Below are positions 29,501-42,352 of a stretch of 64,000 bases of DNA, one piece after another. Position 1 is the stretch's first letter, and each line of letters opens with the position of its first letter. A program made the position numbers and the translations under genes. The stretch is from assembly GCF_964355755.1 (NCBI RefSeq), contig NC_092678.1:21593365-21657364 (forward strand), in the 5' to 3' direction. The notes below the pieces were generated by a model that saw nothing but the letters and a program-made list of their open reading frames with translations, was not told where the DNA came from and searched no databases. This stretch comes from Antedon mediterranea (lineage: Eukaryota > Animalia > Echinodermata).

Positions 29501-32500
29501 TGTATATCACAAGAATGAGTATTCCGCGATTTTTGCATGAGAAATTTGTAACAGAGAGCTCCAGTGAGTGATGCCCGCCCTCACAAGGGCGGATGTATAC
29601 ATTAATAAATAAGACTTGATTTAATAGACATGATACATGTCACATTAAATAGAATTATGAAGATTGTTTTTGCAAATTGTAAACTATTTTATAATACATA
29701 TTTATTAACAAACTAGTGTTTATTCACTTTTACAGACAATTATTTACTAACATGCTAAGTTAGTTCACAAAAAAGGCCTAACACAGCAACACCAAAAATC
29801 AACGAATATTACTCAGCACGGCCTATTATTTACCATTGCCGTGTACTACTGTACGCCCGGTAAATTATGTATTGTTTTTATGATATAAATTAGTATAAAA
29901 CACATGTTATTAATAGGAGAAAATGTTAAATGTCATTAACATTTATTTGTTTTACCAGAAACAAGTTAAATATAAGAATATTATTAAACTATCCTGCGTG
30001 AAAACGCGTAAACAGCAACACGCCCGGTCACGCTATCGTAGCGCCCGGTTGGTAAAGCAAACTGTTTATACGGCAGTTTTTACTAAATAAATTGCATAAA
30101 ACGAACAATTAAATATCCAAATAGTATTTAACATGATGTTGGCATGTAGTTGATAACATTTTTTATCATGAAAATACTACCGGTGGTCCAGCCTTTGATT
30201 AGTGAAACCGTCACAAAAAGTTGTATACATCCCAGATACATCCACACTTATGGCGGCGTCCTACCACATGGACAATATTACTGTTACAGGGAAAATCGCG
30301 GATTACTCATTTTTGTGATATATATTCTTTGGTAAGTCCCATATGCAGAAAAAAAAAACGAAAAAAAAAAAAATTAAATTTGATCATTTTTTCTTCACAG
30401 TTGTTCAACGGCACTGATAATGCTCGCAGAAGAAGAGGCAACCACAATTTTAGAAGTTGAAAAATTACTTAAACAATCGTTAAAAGTCGCAGAAGCGAAT
30501 TATCGGAAAAGTCTTGGTTTACAACATCACAGCTCAAGTCATGAGAAAATACATCGTAGGTTTTTAGTTGAAATTATTTTGATGATGTGTCTTACGACTC
30601 TGAGGCTGTCAAGTTGAAAAGTCATTCTTCTGTGCATGCTCAGAGTCATGTAGCCAGCCGAGAAACCAAAAGGTCGCTTATATCTAACAGTGTACTCTAT
30701 TAAATGAAGTTTTAAATGTTGGAAAAATACACATTTTGAAAATGTGTTGTAATAAGAGAGATTGAGTTTATTAACTAGTTTGACAAAAAAGTTTGATGTA
30801 CCCAAATATGGTAGTGACATGCCCATATATGGTAGTGATATGACATCGCTTTTTTTACATAAAGTTTGATAGTGTAGACAGGGCTTAGGTATATTTTAAT
30901 GCCGCCTTCTTGGATGAATATTGAATAATGTATTGCTTGATTATTTCTCAAATGTCCATTTTAATTTCTGTCTTGACAGGGCGAGATACGAATGTCCTTG
31001 TTTACATAAAGCGTCGTCTGGCAATGTGTGCTCGCAAACTAGGTCGCGTGAAAGAAGCCGTCAAAATGATGCGAGATGTAAGTTGTTTATCGGTAAAATC
31101 AGGTTTTTGTTTTTGTTTTTTCTTGAAATGTGTTTCAATTGACCATTACTTGTGTTCAGAAGAAAATAGAATTTCCTCATCTCTACCATTTCTAAATTAA
31201 TTAATTAATTTTCAGTATATCACTGAACTGCTAAGAAAGAATTTCTTCTGTGCCTATTAAGAGTAAATAATTTATGCGGGAACACAGGCTTTAAATTTAA
31301 TGAATTTCTTGTTTTATAAAGAAAATAAAAAATCGGATTAAAAAAAATCCATAAATTAATATTTAAAAATATGTAAATATAAGCAAATGAATAATTTAAT
31401 TGTGATGAATTTGTTTTATGTTTTTTTTTTTTCCAAATTAAATATTCATAATTATAGTAATGAATACTTTTAAGTCTGCTCTAAAAAAATATTTGATGCT
31501 GAAAGAAAAAGCATTTTATATAGTGTATTGTATGTTTTTGTATAGTTGTATAGTTTATATATATTTTCACGCTGCTGCTCTAGCCCGCTACGTCCCATTA
31601 GTACTACTCAATCAGAAGCTAAAGCAAGCAGCAGTTTTAGTTCTAAGGACGACAGTTTTGCGAAAATCAAAACTCCACTATAATTTATTGATGCCAGCTG
31701 CTACAGTAGACGCAAAAAACGTCTGGGAAAAGAGTCTATTAGGACATGTCATGCTAAAATTGCAAATCCCAAAGCATTTCTGGTATATTCACAGTCAGAT
31801 ATATTCATTGAATTATTATCGAAACAGTCCATTAAAGTTTGTGTTTGTAATAGGATACTTCACACTTGAAATATCTAGGGTGATGAAGTGACCCCCAGAC
31901 TTGACCTTAGCAATAAAATTAACTAAAGTGACAGAAATTGAGTATTCACTTCTGTAACAAAAAAAAATAATATTTATTCACATATAAAAAGAGAAAAGAA
32001 ACCCAAAAACCATTGTCTGATAGACAATTTAAGTATTTGTTGCTTTAAAATATTTTTCAATAAAGCGAGCAGCGTTTTTTGTAAGAAATATTTCTTGTTT
32101 AATATAGTCCTTTGTTTTTTTCATATACATTTGTTTTATATATTTATATGATGGTCTCTTGATTGTCAGCATATGCTGGTAAGGGCAACCCTCTTTAAAC
32201 AAGGTTTAATTTAAAATTTAAAAAATTCTTTTCTTTCTTACACAAGTATATAAAATCCTGCTTGTGAATCTTGTTCCATGACACTAATCATCTTATGTGT
32301 TTATAATGAGTATTGATGGCCAATCACAAATCATGTACGTCATTTCGAAAGGGTAATTAAAATTGTTTGAATTAGAGTTAAAGAGGCATCAGCTACCGAT
32401 TGAATGGCGCAATCGCCAAATCAATATACAATTTAACTAAATACATGTTACACGTTGTTTCCGCTACCCACTCTTTACTACATTCAATTAAAGGTCAAAG

Positions 32501-35500
32501 GTCTATTGTGATGAATACTTATGCGTAGTAAACTGTAGAAATATGTGTAGATACTTTTTAAATAATTTGTTTATGTAATGTAATCACTGCCGTAACTCAT
32601 TAGTGTCTGCAACCCCTGTAACATACTACACAGTATGCCTGGTCCCTTTAATGTTTTACATAACATAATTATAACTGCATTGTACTGTTACATCTAACAT
32701 GGTCCCTCACCATAATGCTCAGTTGTTAAATTCTTTGTGCTCTAAAGGCTGTTATACAAATGTATTATACCTTTCATCATTCCTTACATACCTTTTATGG
32801 TATACCTTTGCTATACCTTTGCTATAGATTTAAAATGCTAACAAAACAAACAATAACAACTTCGTTTTTTTTGCAGTTAATAAAAGAATATCCTATGGTA
32901 AGCGTATTCCAGATACACGAGAATTTAATAGAAACGTTATTGGAGATGCAGGCGTATGCTGATGTACAAGCTGTGTTGGCCAAGTATGATGATATAACAC
33001 TACCTAAGTCGGCTACAATATGTTATACAGCGGCATTGCTAAAGGCTAGAGCAGTCAGTGATAAGTAAGTTGGGGATCTTAAGCTCGGTTCCCACTAGGA
33101 GGCAATGCAAGGATGTAATCGCTAGACAAGTGCTTTGACTAATCACAAGCAATGGATTATTCAAACTGTCGCTTGTCTTTTGTCAATGCACTTGCATTGC
33201 ATCTATGTCTTTGCGTTGCGTCCTAGTGTCCAAGTGTTAGTAAACATATTTATCTTTTACATATATCGTGTACGCTTTACCCCTTTTACAGGTGGTGTTT
33301 TTAGGCTGATAACGTGATTAAGTTTGTTTCCAACAAGGGCGGATCTTTACGCAAAATTATGATTATTAACTATTACTTTTTTTGCAGGTTTTCGCCTGAA
33401 GCTGCGTCTAAAAGAGGGCTTAGCACGGCGGAGATGAATGCGGTAGAAGCTATTCATAGAGCTGTAGAGTTCAATCCACATGTTCCAAAGGTACTATAAT
33501 GCTCTGTTACCAAATGTTTATTACCAAAAGGCTTTGAATTTGCTCAGTGGATTTCGATATTAAATTCTTATGATATTTCTTATTGGTATTTTTATATATT
33601 TGTTATTATTATTATTATTATTTTAATTCAGCCTTGTTCTACAATCATGACATTGTAAAAATGGTCACAGCCTTGCCATATTTGGGTCGTATTACGTTAT
33701 AATAAGTTTGAACTTAAATTTTAGGAAGTTAATTTTTATTAAAGAGTGCAATTAATTTTTTTTTGATATTACAGGATTTTGTCAAATTTAATGTTGGCTT
33801 TTATAAGTAGGTCGTCTACGCCATGAACTGTCACAGAAGACTAATGTTGTTTATCGCTTTTAAATGTCATCTCTCAGCCGTCATTAATCGTTAATTCACT
33901 TACGCTGAATGTTCGTCTCTGACTTTGTGGCTATTGGCTAATTATATTTTTATATGTTGAGGTCAATAGAGATTTGTTAACTCATATTGGTTTCACTATT
34001 TTCCTGGAATTTTAAAATTAACATTTCTTATCATCATCGTGTATTCAAGACGATTTAAATAGTGAATAAATTGAAAATCCAAATTCCAATTTATTTCAGT
34101 CACAATTTATTTTTATTATTTATCTAAATGTTGTAAAAAAATATTTTAAGCCAATAATATCGGACTAGCATGTGATAGGCATGGATTTGAGCTTATCTGT
34201 ACTATACTAATTGCATCCTTTAAGCAAGATGCTTAAACTCTCATTGCCTCATCCTTCGGATGGAATGTAAAGCCGTTTGGTCCTGTGTACTTAACAGTGC
34301 ATGTTAAAGAACTTGGTACACTATTTGAAAAGAGTAGAAGTTTCTAGTTAAACTTGAGGACCAGAATAATACAGTTAACATTTAATAATTTAATAAGATT
34401 TTTTAAACACGCATATCCACCAAAGTGCTCAGGCGGAAAACTAATCCATAAACCTAAAAAATAAATCTAGACAAAAACCCACATAACTGCATTCCATTTA
34501 CCAGCAATTTAAAGTGGTGCTAGTATATAACTCTATTTATTATTATTTAGTATTTGTTAGAAATGCGAAGTCTGATCTTGCCTCCGGAACACATCCTTAA
34601 ACGTGGAGACAGCGAAGCGATAGCGTATTCTTTCTTCCATCTACAGCACTGGAAACGAGTTGAGGGCGCTCTGAATCTCCTGCACTGCACATGGGAGGGT
34701 ACATTTCGTATGATTCCGTACCCACTGGAGAAGGGTCATCTTTTTTACCCTTACCCAAGTTGTACTGAGAGTGTTGATCGTGAATTGTTACCAGGTAATT
34801 TTTAAGTTAAGTTATACTTATGGCCTATGATACAGTTATGACATGTGATACAAATGTAACACTATATCACAGAATGTGCCTATGATACAATTATCGCATG
34901 TGATACAAATGTAACACTGTATCACAGAATGTGCCTATGATACAGTTATCACATGTGATACAAATGTAACACTGTATCACAGAATGTGCCTATGATACAG
35001 TTATCACATGTGATACAAATGTAACACTGTATCACAGAATGTGCCTATGATACAATTATCACATGTGATACCTATGAGAATGTGCCTTTGATACAGTTTT
35101 TTTTAAAATAGAAATCTAAATCATTGTTTTTGTGTTTTAGCTGCCTTCCATGAAGTATCTGTCTACCCTAAGAAAGAGCTGCCGTTCTTCATCTTGTTTA
35201 CAGCTGGTCTGTGCACGTTTACAGCGCTTCTAGCTCTACTTACTCACCAGTTTCCAGATCCAATGGGATTTCTAGCAAAAGCAGTGAGTTTTAGAGAATT
35301 TAGAGGACGTCTTTGTGACACAACAATGTGTCCACTACTAAGCCTTAATCTTTGAAAAGTGTCCCCATAAAGGTGTGTCCCAACGGAAGGATTCTAATAA
35401 ATAAAAAAGTACTGATGAAGAAAGCTTCTGGTACTTGAGATCTGACTTTCGTTAACAGAAAATTAAAAATATTAGAGATAAAGCTATAAGATATGTTTTT

Positions 35501-35660
35501 AAAATGTGTAGTAGTGATGATTGGTTTTGTTGATAATTTTTTTATTTGTGTTTTTTTTTTTCAGTTCCTTTCCTCTGTATCTGTTCCATTCAGTTACTTG
35601 GTGGATAAACTAGAAACAGTCATTCCTTCCAGCCTACTTCAGCAGCTGACAAAGCTCTAA
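14506..35660 (+). CDS. ST7: Suppressor of tumorigenicity 7 protein homolog (ST7/ST7L), 12 coding exons
   Basis: Exons 14506-14656, 20895-20977, 24341-24473, 25682-25852, 26166-26244, 30401-30555, 30980-31077, 32877-33064, 33388-33490, 34551-34794, 35141-35283, 35565-35660. Motifs [88 protein letters not shown]. Confidence 0.96.
15144..15256. mobile_element. Short palindromic MITE-like element in ST7 intron 1
   Basis: AATAGCGCGAGCGATGCATGATGGGAGGGAATTGGGAGCAA and its near-perfect reverse complement. Confidence 0.75.
16697..17896. mobile_element. 1.2-kb non-autonomous DNA transposon
   Basis: 14-bp inverted repeats CAGACCTTGATTTA...TAAATCAAGGTCTG, flanked by ATAATT on both sides; subterminal GGAGCGCC/GAGAGCC repeats; richer in CpG than its flanks. 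Confidence 0.8.
21095..21245. mobile_element. MITE family B (PIF/Harbinger-like)
   Basis: Inverted repeats AGCGTGGTTCCCACTAG...TAGTGGGAACCAAGCT with TAA target duplication. Confidence 0.85.
22698..22856. mobile_element. MITE family A (PIF/Harbinger-like), near-complete copy
   Basis: Terminal inverted repeats AGCTCTGTCTACACTATC...GATAGTATAGACAGAGCT with TAA on both sides. Other copies at about 5781-5872, 10851-10963, 22081-22237, 30775-30886, 40451-40560, 43319-43471, 58765-58918 and 63541-63570. Confidence 0.85.
29000..29316 (-). mobile_element. tRNA-derived SINE with a Deu/Nin-like central domain
   Basis: The minus strand starts GGCTAGTGAGTGGCCGAGTGGTTAAGAC (A box) ...GGGGTTCAA (B-box-like), then GATAAGGACTATAAACCG...GTGCACTTTAAAGA...TTCGAGATGAGTAGGG...CCCGGTG. 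Its 5' head recurs at 49445-49880. Confidence 0.7.
34160..34345 (+). mobile_element. Degenerate SINE fragment (second family, Deu/Nin-like core)
   Basis: CATTGCCTCATCCTTCGGATGGAATGTAAAGCCG...GTGCATGTTAAAGAAC...TTTGAAAAGAGTAG; an inverted fragment occurs at about 23368-23403. Confidence 0.5.
34820..35095. repeat. 55-bp minisatellite (about 4.5 copies) in ST7 intron 10
   Basis: Unit TGTGCCTATGATACAGTTATCACATGTGATACAAATGTAACACTGTATCACAGAA at 34875, 34930, 34985 and 35040. Confidence 0.95.
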
Positions 35661-38294
35661 CACACCAAGAGGGCAGCAGACAACAAATGTTACCCAAATG
35701 CATGAGGGCAGCAGATAACATGTTACCCAAATGCAAGAGGGCAGCAGACAACCTAAATGTGACTAAGTTTACAGGTGCTAGTGTGTGTTTAAACAAAAAA
35801 CTTTTGTTTAATTTATTTTCATTGAGGGTACTTAACTGCAGAATGAAACAAATATTTCACAAGGCATTAATTTTGCTTTTATCCAGATGTTCTGTTTTGT
35901 GTGATTTGCTAAGCACCAAATTCTAGAGGGACTAACATACATGGAGTTTTTTTATCAATGTTTATGGCATATTTAGAGCGAGATTTGTGCTCTGTTGGTT
36001 TGACTAAGACAACTTGAGCGATCGGTAGTATAGTTATTGAAAAAAGCTGGAATTGCTTTATGCTAAAGAGCTCCAGAATTACGAGAAAGTGATACGTGAG
36101 TATGTAACGTGGACTTTATCCAGATTTTCTTATTTTAGTGTTTTTTTCTTGTGGATGAAGGACTTTTGTTTTGGTAGTTCTTTTATTTACAACAAACAGT
36201 AATAAGATGCCATTATCATTCTTCGCAATATAAATGTTGAAAGAAACAGATCAATTAATACTGCAGTACATGCAGTAGTTCACGTTCATATTATTTTTAC
36301 TGGACTTGGCTAAGTGGTATCGCAATGATGGCTATCCATTTAGGTGCTACAATTTTTGTTACGCTAATATCATGACATTGGATCAAAAGGAATCGTACAG
36401 AGTCGCTGTTTTGCTGAGACTTGCCGCTGCATACAACACCGACGTTGTATATAAAGCTTGTTTTCACTAGAAAGCAACGTGATAACGTACGCGAGTTAAT
36501 TTATTCAATTGCAAACAACAGTTCATCCAAACTGTAGTTTGTGATTGGTTAAATTATTGTGATGCGTGTGCTGCCCTAGTTGGACCAAGCTTTATCTTCG
36601 TTTATGCTAAATCAACATGACATTGGATCGTAAGGAATCGTACACAACAAAAGAACGTACTCGCAACTGAAGTTAATTTGTCCAATCACAAATGACAGTT
36701 CATTTAAACTGTAGCTTGTGATTGGTTAAATTATTGTGATGCGTGTGCTTCCCCAGTTGCGTCCTAGTGGGAACACAGCTTTATCTTTGTTTATGCTAAT
36801 ATTAACATGACATTGGATCGCAAGAAATTGTACATACGTTGTTTAGCCAAGACTTGCGATGCAAATTACACAAACATCGTCATATATAAAGCTTCCTTCC
36901 GCTTGAATGCAACTAAGAACGAACACTCAACTCAAGTTAATTTATCCAATTGCAAATGACAGCACATCTAAACTGTAACTTTTGATTTCTTAAATTATTG
37001 TGATGCATGTGTGTTCCTAGTTGTGTCCTAGTGGGAACCCAGCTTTATTGCGTGTCTGAGGGTTGCGAGTAAGAGTAAGGAGAAGCGACAATTCTTTGCA
37101 TCACTGATCACATTGCAACTAGACACAGTACTCCGCTTTATAGGGTATTTTGAAATGTTTAAAAACATTGATATTTGATAACAACCAACGGTTTCCAGAT
37201 ACAGTGCTCCAGAAGAGGGTTTTTTTTTAAACGTTAACAAATAAACAGGACAGGAAAACAACAAAAATGACAGTTTTCTAAATTTATTTTATTTCAAAAA
37301 TGTATTTTATTGATGTTGCAGAGAGATAACAATTTTCTGATTTTTGCAAGTAATATTAAAACCTTTTGAAATTTGTTGCGTTTGCGCTGAAAACTAAAGT
37401 GTGTTTGCTCGTTTATTTCATCATTAAAAAAAAAATGTTAATGTAAAACATACCGGTTAATAGTTTTACCATAAAAAAGTTGAGTGCAATCCGTAAATTG
37501 ACTTGCGCTCGGGTCCAAGTATGGTGATACAAGCATAAAAGTATCTGTGATCAATCTTTTTGCAATTGAGCGTGTACAAATGTTCATGATACATTGAAAT
37601 ATATTGTTTAAGTCCACATTTATTGATACATAGTAGGTTGTTTAACAAATATTGATGGAATGTTAAAAAGTAGAGTTAAAATCATAAATTTTATCACTAT
37701 ACAGTGGCATAACACAGGTGTCCGAGGCCCCTGGTTTAACTCTCCTAAGGGGCCCTCTAACGCTGGGTAGTTGCTCTGGGGCCTCTCATGCTCTGCGGCC
37801 TCTGGGACTATATTTTTACATGGATGCTATGTTCAACAACAACAATAAAAGATAATTTTACTGTTCAGACATACAGTACTATTCTTTAAAGGGAAAAATA
37901 TACATTATATATATATATATATACATTTTAACAAGTTAGCCACTCACTTCCACCCCCCCCCCCCCCCCAACTCCAACAAATTGTGAATTTTTAAATCATT
38001 TAACAATAAGAATTAAAACTAATCATCTAGTAACAAGTTTTCCTTTTATAGTAAAAAGAAAATATCATTTCACGAGTTCCACATATCTCCTTTGTGATCA
38101 ATAACAAAATAAATATAATTAAATTCAATTTAATCATGAAATGTACAGTAATTGTAACAAAAATACATTTGTATAAAAATAGTCAAAAATCATATTCAAA
38201 ATAAACAAAATTGGTATATAAAAATATATTAGAAAATAGTTTAAAACATTTGATGATTAGTATAGACTTATAGAAAAATATTCTGTACGGAAGT

Positions 38295-41200
38295 CTATTC
38301 TGGCTCGTTACCTATAGTTATTAAGGTACGAGGGGGAGGTAAACTTGAATTGCCTGAATTATTTCCGTTAAGTTCATTAATTGTAACGGGAGCAGTGGCG
38401 ACCGTTTGCTCGGGTCTTCTGAGTTTATAGCTCCCTTCTGGTAAAGAACAACCGTTCGTATAATAGTCCTGAGGAACGTCGTTTGCGCTAAACGAAGTTT
38501 TAGGGCGCTTTTCTAATGTTTCAATAGTTTCGTTTACAACCGGTCCACGATACCAGTTTAAGCAATCTGCGACCGTCGTTCTTGAAAACGGTGCAGACTT
38601 GACACGAGAACGACGTAGATTCGTCAATCCCTCGGACGGTCGATCATAAATAGATTTATGTTTGGGGTTGACATAGTTGAACGATTTTTCAAATGGTACC
38701 GAACCATCGACCTTTCCAGTGTTCATATTCGTGTTGACTTTTGGATTCGGTTGTTGATGTTGGTAAACGAACCTGTACGTCGTTAACGGAGCAACCTCTT
38801 TTTCAATTGGTTCAGAATATGAGTTGTATATAATATTTGTGTTGGAAGATTCGGGATTAACAGTGCTTCGAACGAGAATCTGCGGTACATCGCCTCTCTT
38901 TGAACGGAAGTCATTACGATATGAAGAAAATGCGGGACCACTCTCTTTTAACTCGGTTTTATGAGGTACCCACGAAATGAAGTCTGGAAGAAATTTGCTT
39001 TTGTACGAACTGTGAACTTTCTTCTTGCCTAAACCCTACAATGAAAAAAGAAATATTGATCAAATGAAGGTAATAAAGCGTGGTTCCCACTAGCGACGCA
39101 ACGCAAGGACGTAACGCAACGCAAGTGAATTGACCAATCACAAGCGATGGCTTATTCGCTTGTGATTGCTAACTGTCTATAACTTCGCATGTCATTGGTT
39201 AAAACGCTTGCGTTGCGTTTACGTCCTTGCGTTACGTTCTAGTGGGAACCAAGCATAAAGAGTAAAGTATTTTATGAAATCTAACGGGAAAGTGTAAATA
39301 GGAGAGTGTAAATAGGAAATTGTAAATAGGAGAGTGTAAATAGAAGTATCACTATCAGATAGACAAATTATTCAATAAGCAATCCATGTATGCAAAATTT
39401 TAATTTACTAGGAAAAAAAAATTTAATTTTACAAAATATTATTTTTTTTAAAATGTTTTCTGATTTATGTGGTTTTCATAACAATTTTATATAAATAATT
39501 TACGACCATCAATTTGAAGAGTCCCCGCCCTGTTGGCATCACTTTTGCTGTTGCCAAGCTGACTCTTGATGTATAACACCTTAACACATTTCAATAAATG
39601 AATTCACTTAACATCATGCAATATTTGAAACACATTATTGGATGCAGGTGGTTTATGTAATCTAAAATCCTTATTTAAGCCCGACTACACCAGAAAGTCT
39701 AGTCAGCCAATCTACTAATTATTCAGCATCAATACATAATGGTTATACATCATTGACACACCTCAAACACGCGCAAGTATCCATTTTAATAATAAATAGG
39801 TAAATCTAATGAACAATAGGGAGGATACGTCACACACACGTATTCGTTTTTCGTAAGTCTGTAAAAATGTGTTTCGCATGGCAACGAAATATTGAGGGCG
39901 CCATCCAAAATATAACTGCGGTAAATTTGAGCGAAGCGCAGGTACGTGTTGCTTGGTGCTTGGCTGCCAAGGCCTAGCGTAACATCAAAGCGAGTGAGAA
40001 CTTTAAAAACTGCTATTTATCAAAATTGACCCGACATTTTAGTAAATTACTTAGTAAATTACTTTCAATAAAAGTATAATTATATTATAATCGGGAATCA
40101 TTCCTGATTCAAATGCAAAATGTGCAAAATAGATCAAAACCTATACTCGTTTTGTAGTTACGAGTATGACTGGTGATATTTGTCAACACGAATACGCTTT
40201 ACGAATATGAAATGGGGATCAGCTCAAAAGTTTCACAAATGTGTGACGTATCCGTTTTCGTTATCGTATTCGTAAGGTTGCGAAACCTCCCTAATAATAA
40301 TATGTCAACAAATTAATTTATATACTGTATGTGTTATGATCTACTTTGAAATCCAATTGAAAATTACAAACAAAGACCAATTTAAGACCTAGTTAATTGC
40401 AGAGCTCAACAAAGAGCGTGCTGTTTAATATTTCGGCCCATATTGATCATCTATACTATCAAATTGTATGCGACAAAAAAATGTGATGATGTCATATCAC
40501 TACCATATTATTTGTTGTCATATCACTACATCATATTTTTCTTTGTCAAACTAGTTTGATTAAATATGTTGAGTTGAGAAGGAAAGAACACATGTTTTGT
40601 ATCTAAAAGCTTGTCTGGCGAAATCGTGTGGCTCATTAATCAATAAACAAAAAAAGCAGTCCAAAACTGAGCAGAATACGAAAAAGAGCATATGACTAGA
40701 TAGAGGGCATTCTATTTGATATTTATTAAAATTTCCTCAATATAGTGCTGCTTTCTTGAAAATTAATAAGCATGCCATATACCTATTTACAAAAAGAAAA
40801 TTCAGGATAATATTTGTGGACGTTATCATGCAAACAAACAAACAAACAAACAAACAAAGCAAAGTAAAAATAACAATACTCACATCTTGAAAGGAATCCA
40901 CTGTGTTGAGAAACGAAAACCTGTTATCATGCTTTGAGAAATGATGTACCGTCGGTCTTTCCTGAAAAAATAAAACATAAACACAACATGTATTATAATT
41001 ATTGCATTGTATAGTGCTGGTTGTTGCATTTTAGTACTGTTTCCAATATTTAGTTCTAAAAAAGCAGTAAAAAATATTTCGAAGGTAAATTATGTCAAAT
41101 AAATAGCATTAAGTTAAATTAACATTAGGCCTAGGATGCATACTTAGAATGGTATACTAGGGCCTAGTCAAAAAAATAAATAAATTGACAAACCTGTAAT

Positions 41201-41610
41201 AATTTTGAAAACTTTTGAGGAGGACTTGGTTTGGCTTGGCGTCTATATTCATTCACAAAATCATTTCTACTTTGACTTCTGAAATGTCCATGGTATCCTG
41301 AGGAAAACTGGAAAAAAAATTACATATTATTTATTATTAGTCTGCAAGGAGTACTAGGCCTAGACCTATCCTTCAGTACTGGAATGCCTAGTAAAGAGGG
41401 TAGTAGTAGGCATAACCTAGACTCACAGTACAGGCCTGCTATTACTACAGACGGGCCACACTGTATTGTTTGTAGGCCTCTAGGCTCTAGTCATAATTAA
41501 TAGTTGCACCCACAAACGACGACAGCAGAGAGTGGGGAGAGAGAGGATCGACATGGAATCAGATTAATGATGCTACTTACCCAGCTTCCTTGAGTTTTCG
41601 CCGCCGCCAT
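38295..41610 (-). CDS. CIMIP7: HDNR-domain protein, CIMIP7/C3orf84-like (ciliary microtubule inner protein), about 320 aa
   Basis: Exons 41610-41581, 41307-41194, 40961-40884, 39035-38295, all phase 0. Translation MAAAKTQGSW-FSSGYHGHFRSQ...AKPSPPQKF...HHFSKHDNRFSF...GLGKKK...SSYRNDFR...TVADCLNW matches the recalled human C3orf84 (GSWHNNGFYGHYRSQ...AKPQPP...FFSKHDNR...GIGRRK...SSYQADFR...VSECLNW). Confidence 0.85.
39077..39255. mobile_element. MITE family B copy in a CIMIP7 intron
   Basis: Nearly identical to 21095-21245, flanked by TAA on both sides. Confidence 0.85.
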
Positions 41611-41775
41611 GGTTTAAAACCTTGTTTAATATCAATTAATGGAAATCATAAATAGTTTTAACTTAACATCCAAACAAAATGTTATAATCACTGCTCTGCT
41701 GCTGCTGTGATTACATACAAAACACTCGTGCTGTTTCTAAGTAGCAAGAAACGTCGACTTCCGTAAACACGATCT

Positions 41776-41788
41776 GTATCCAGGTAAC
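41776..41788. promoter_or_regulatory. Candidate RFX X-box in the CIMIP7/IHO1 divergent promoter
   Basis: GTATCCAGGTAAC fits the X-box consensus GTNRCC(N0-3)RGYAAC and lies about 170 bp upstream of a ciliary gene's ATG. Confidence 0.55.
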
Positions 41789-42352
41789 TTATAAATATTC
41801 ATAGATTAAGCTCCGCCTCTTTTGATGGTGGCGGGCTTCTTAAAATTTTCTAAAAAGATCTTTAAACTTTTTTTGGAGCTCGTGTGACATGGGCAGACGA
41901 TCAATTTTTTGGTAATAATTTAGGCTCATTAATAGACTATAATATTTGACTGTTTTATAGAATATTTTAGAAATATAACTAATTTAAGAATGGGTGTCTT
42001 TTTCTAACCGAATTAAAGTCCTCTTCCTTTAGAAATTAATGAGGCTAGGTCCCCCTCTCACCGGGCCTCTCGCACTCAATGCTGCTGGCAACCTATATAG
42101 AGGGGCCTAGCCTAGGCTAGGCCTACTAGGCTAGCTATTATTAGGCTAGCTATGCCTACTCTACTAGGCTAGACCTAGCTAGGCATTCAGGCTAGTGGGC
42201 TAGCCTAGGCCCTAGCTAGTGTACCAACTAGAAAAGCCTAATTTATTTAGTAGCGCTAGGCTAGGCTAAGTACTTTTCTTGGTGGTAAAGTGTCCGAATG
42301 TTTTGTGAATTTATAATTATAGGCCTATTTCTTTTAATTTTTGTATAGAAAC

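Noticed and set aside
31460-31891. 143-aa intronic ORF in ST7
   Set aside because: No homology or splice context; the ST7 exons on either side join in phase without it.
39818-40292. Possible DNA transposon with AGGGAGG...CCTCCCT ends
   Set aside because: The inverted repeat is too short and no second copy is visible, so it cannot be supported.
41889-41911. Upstream ATG as the IHO1 start
   Set aside because: Splicing to the acceptor at 42349 gives an immediate TGA; at most a short upstream ORF.
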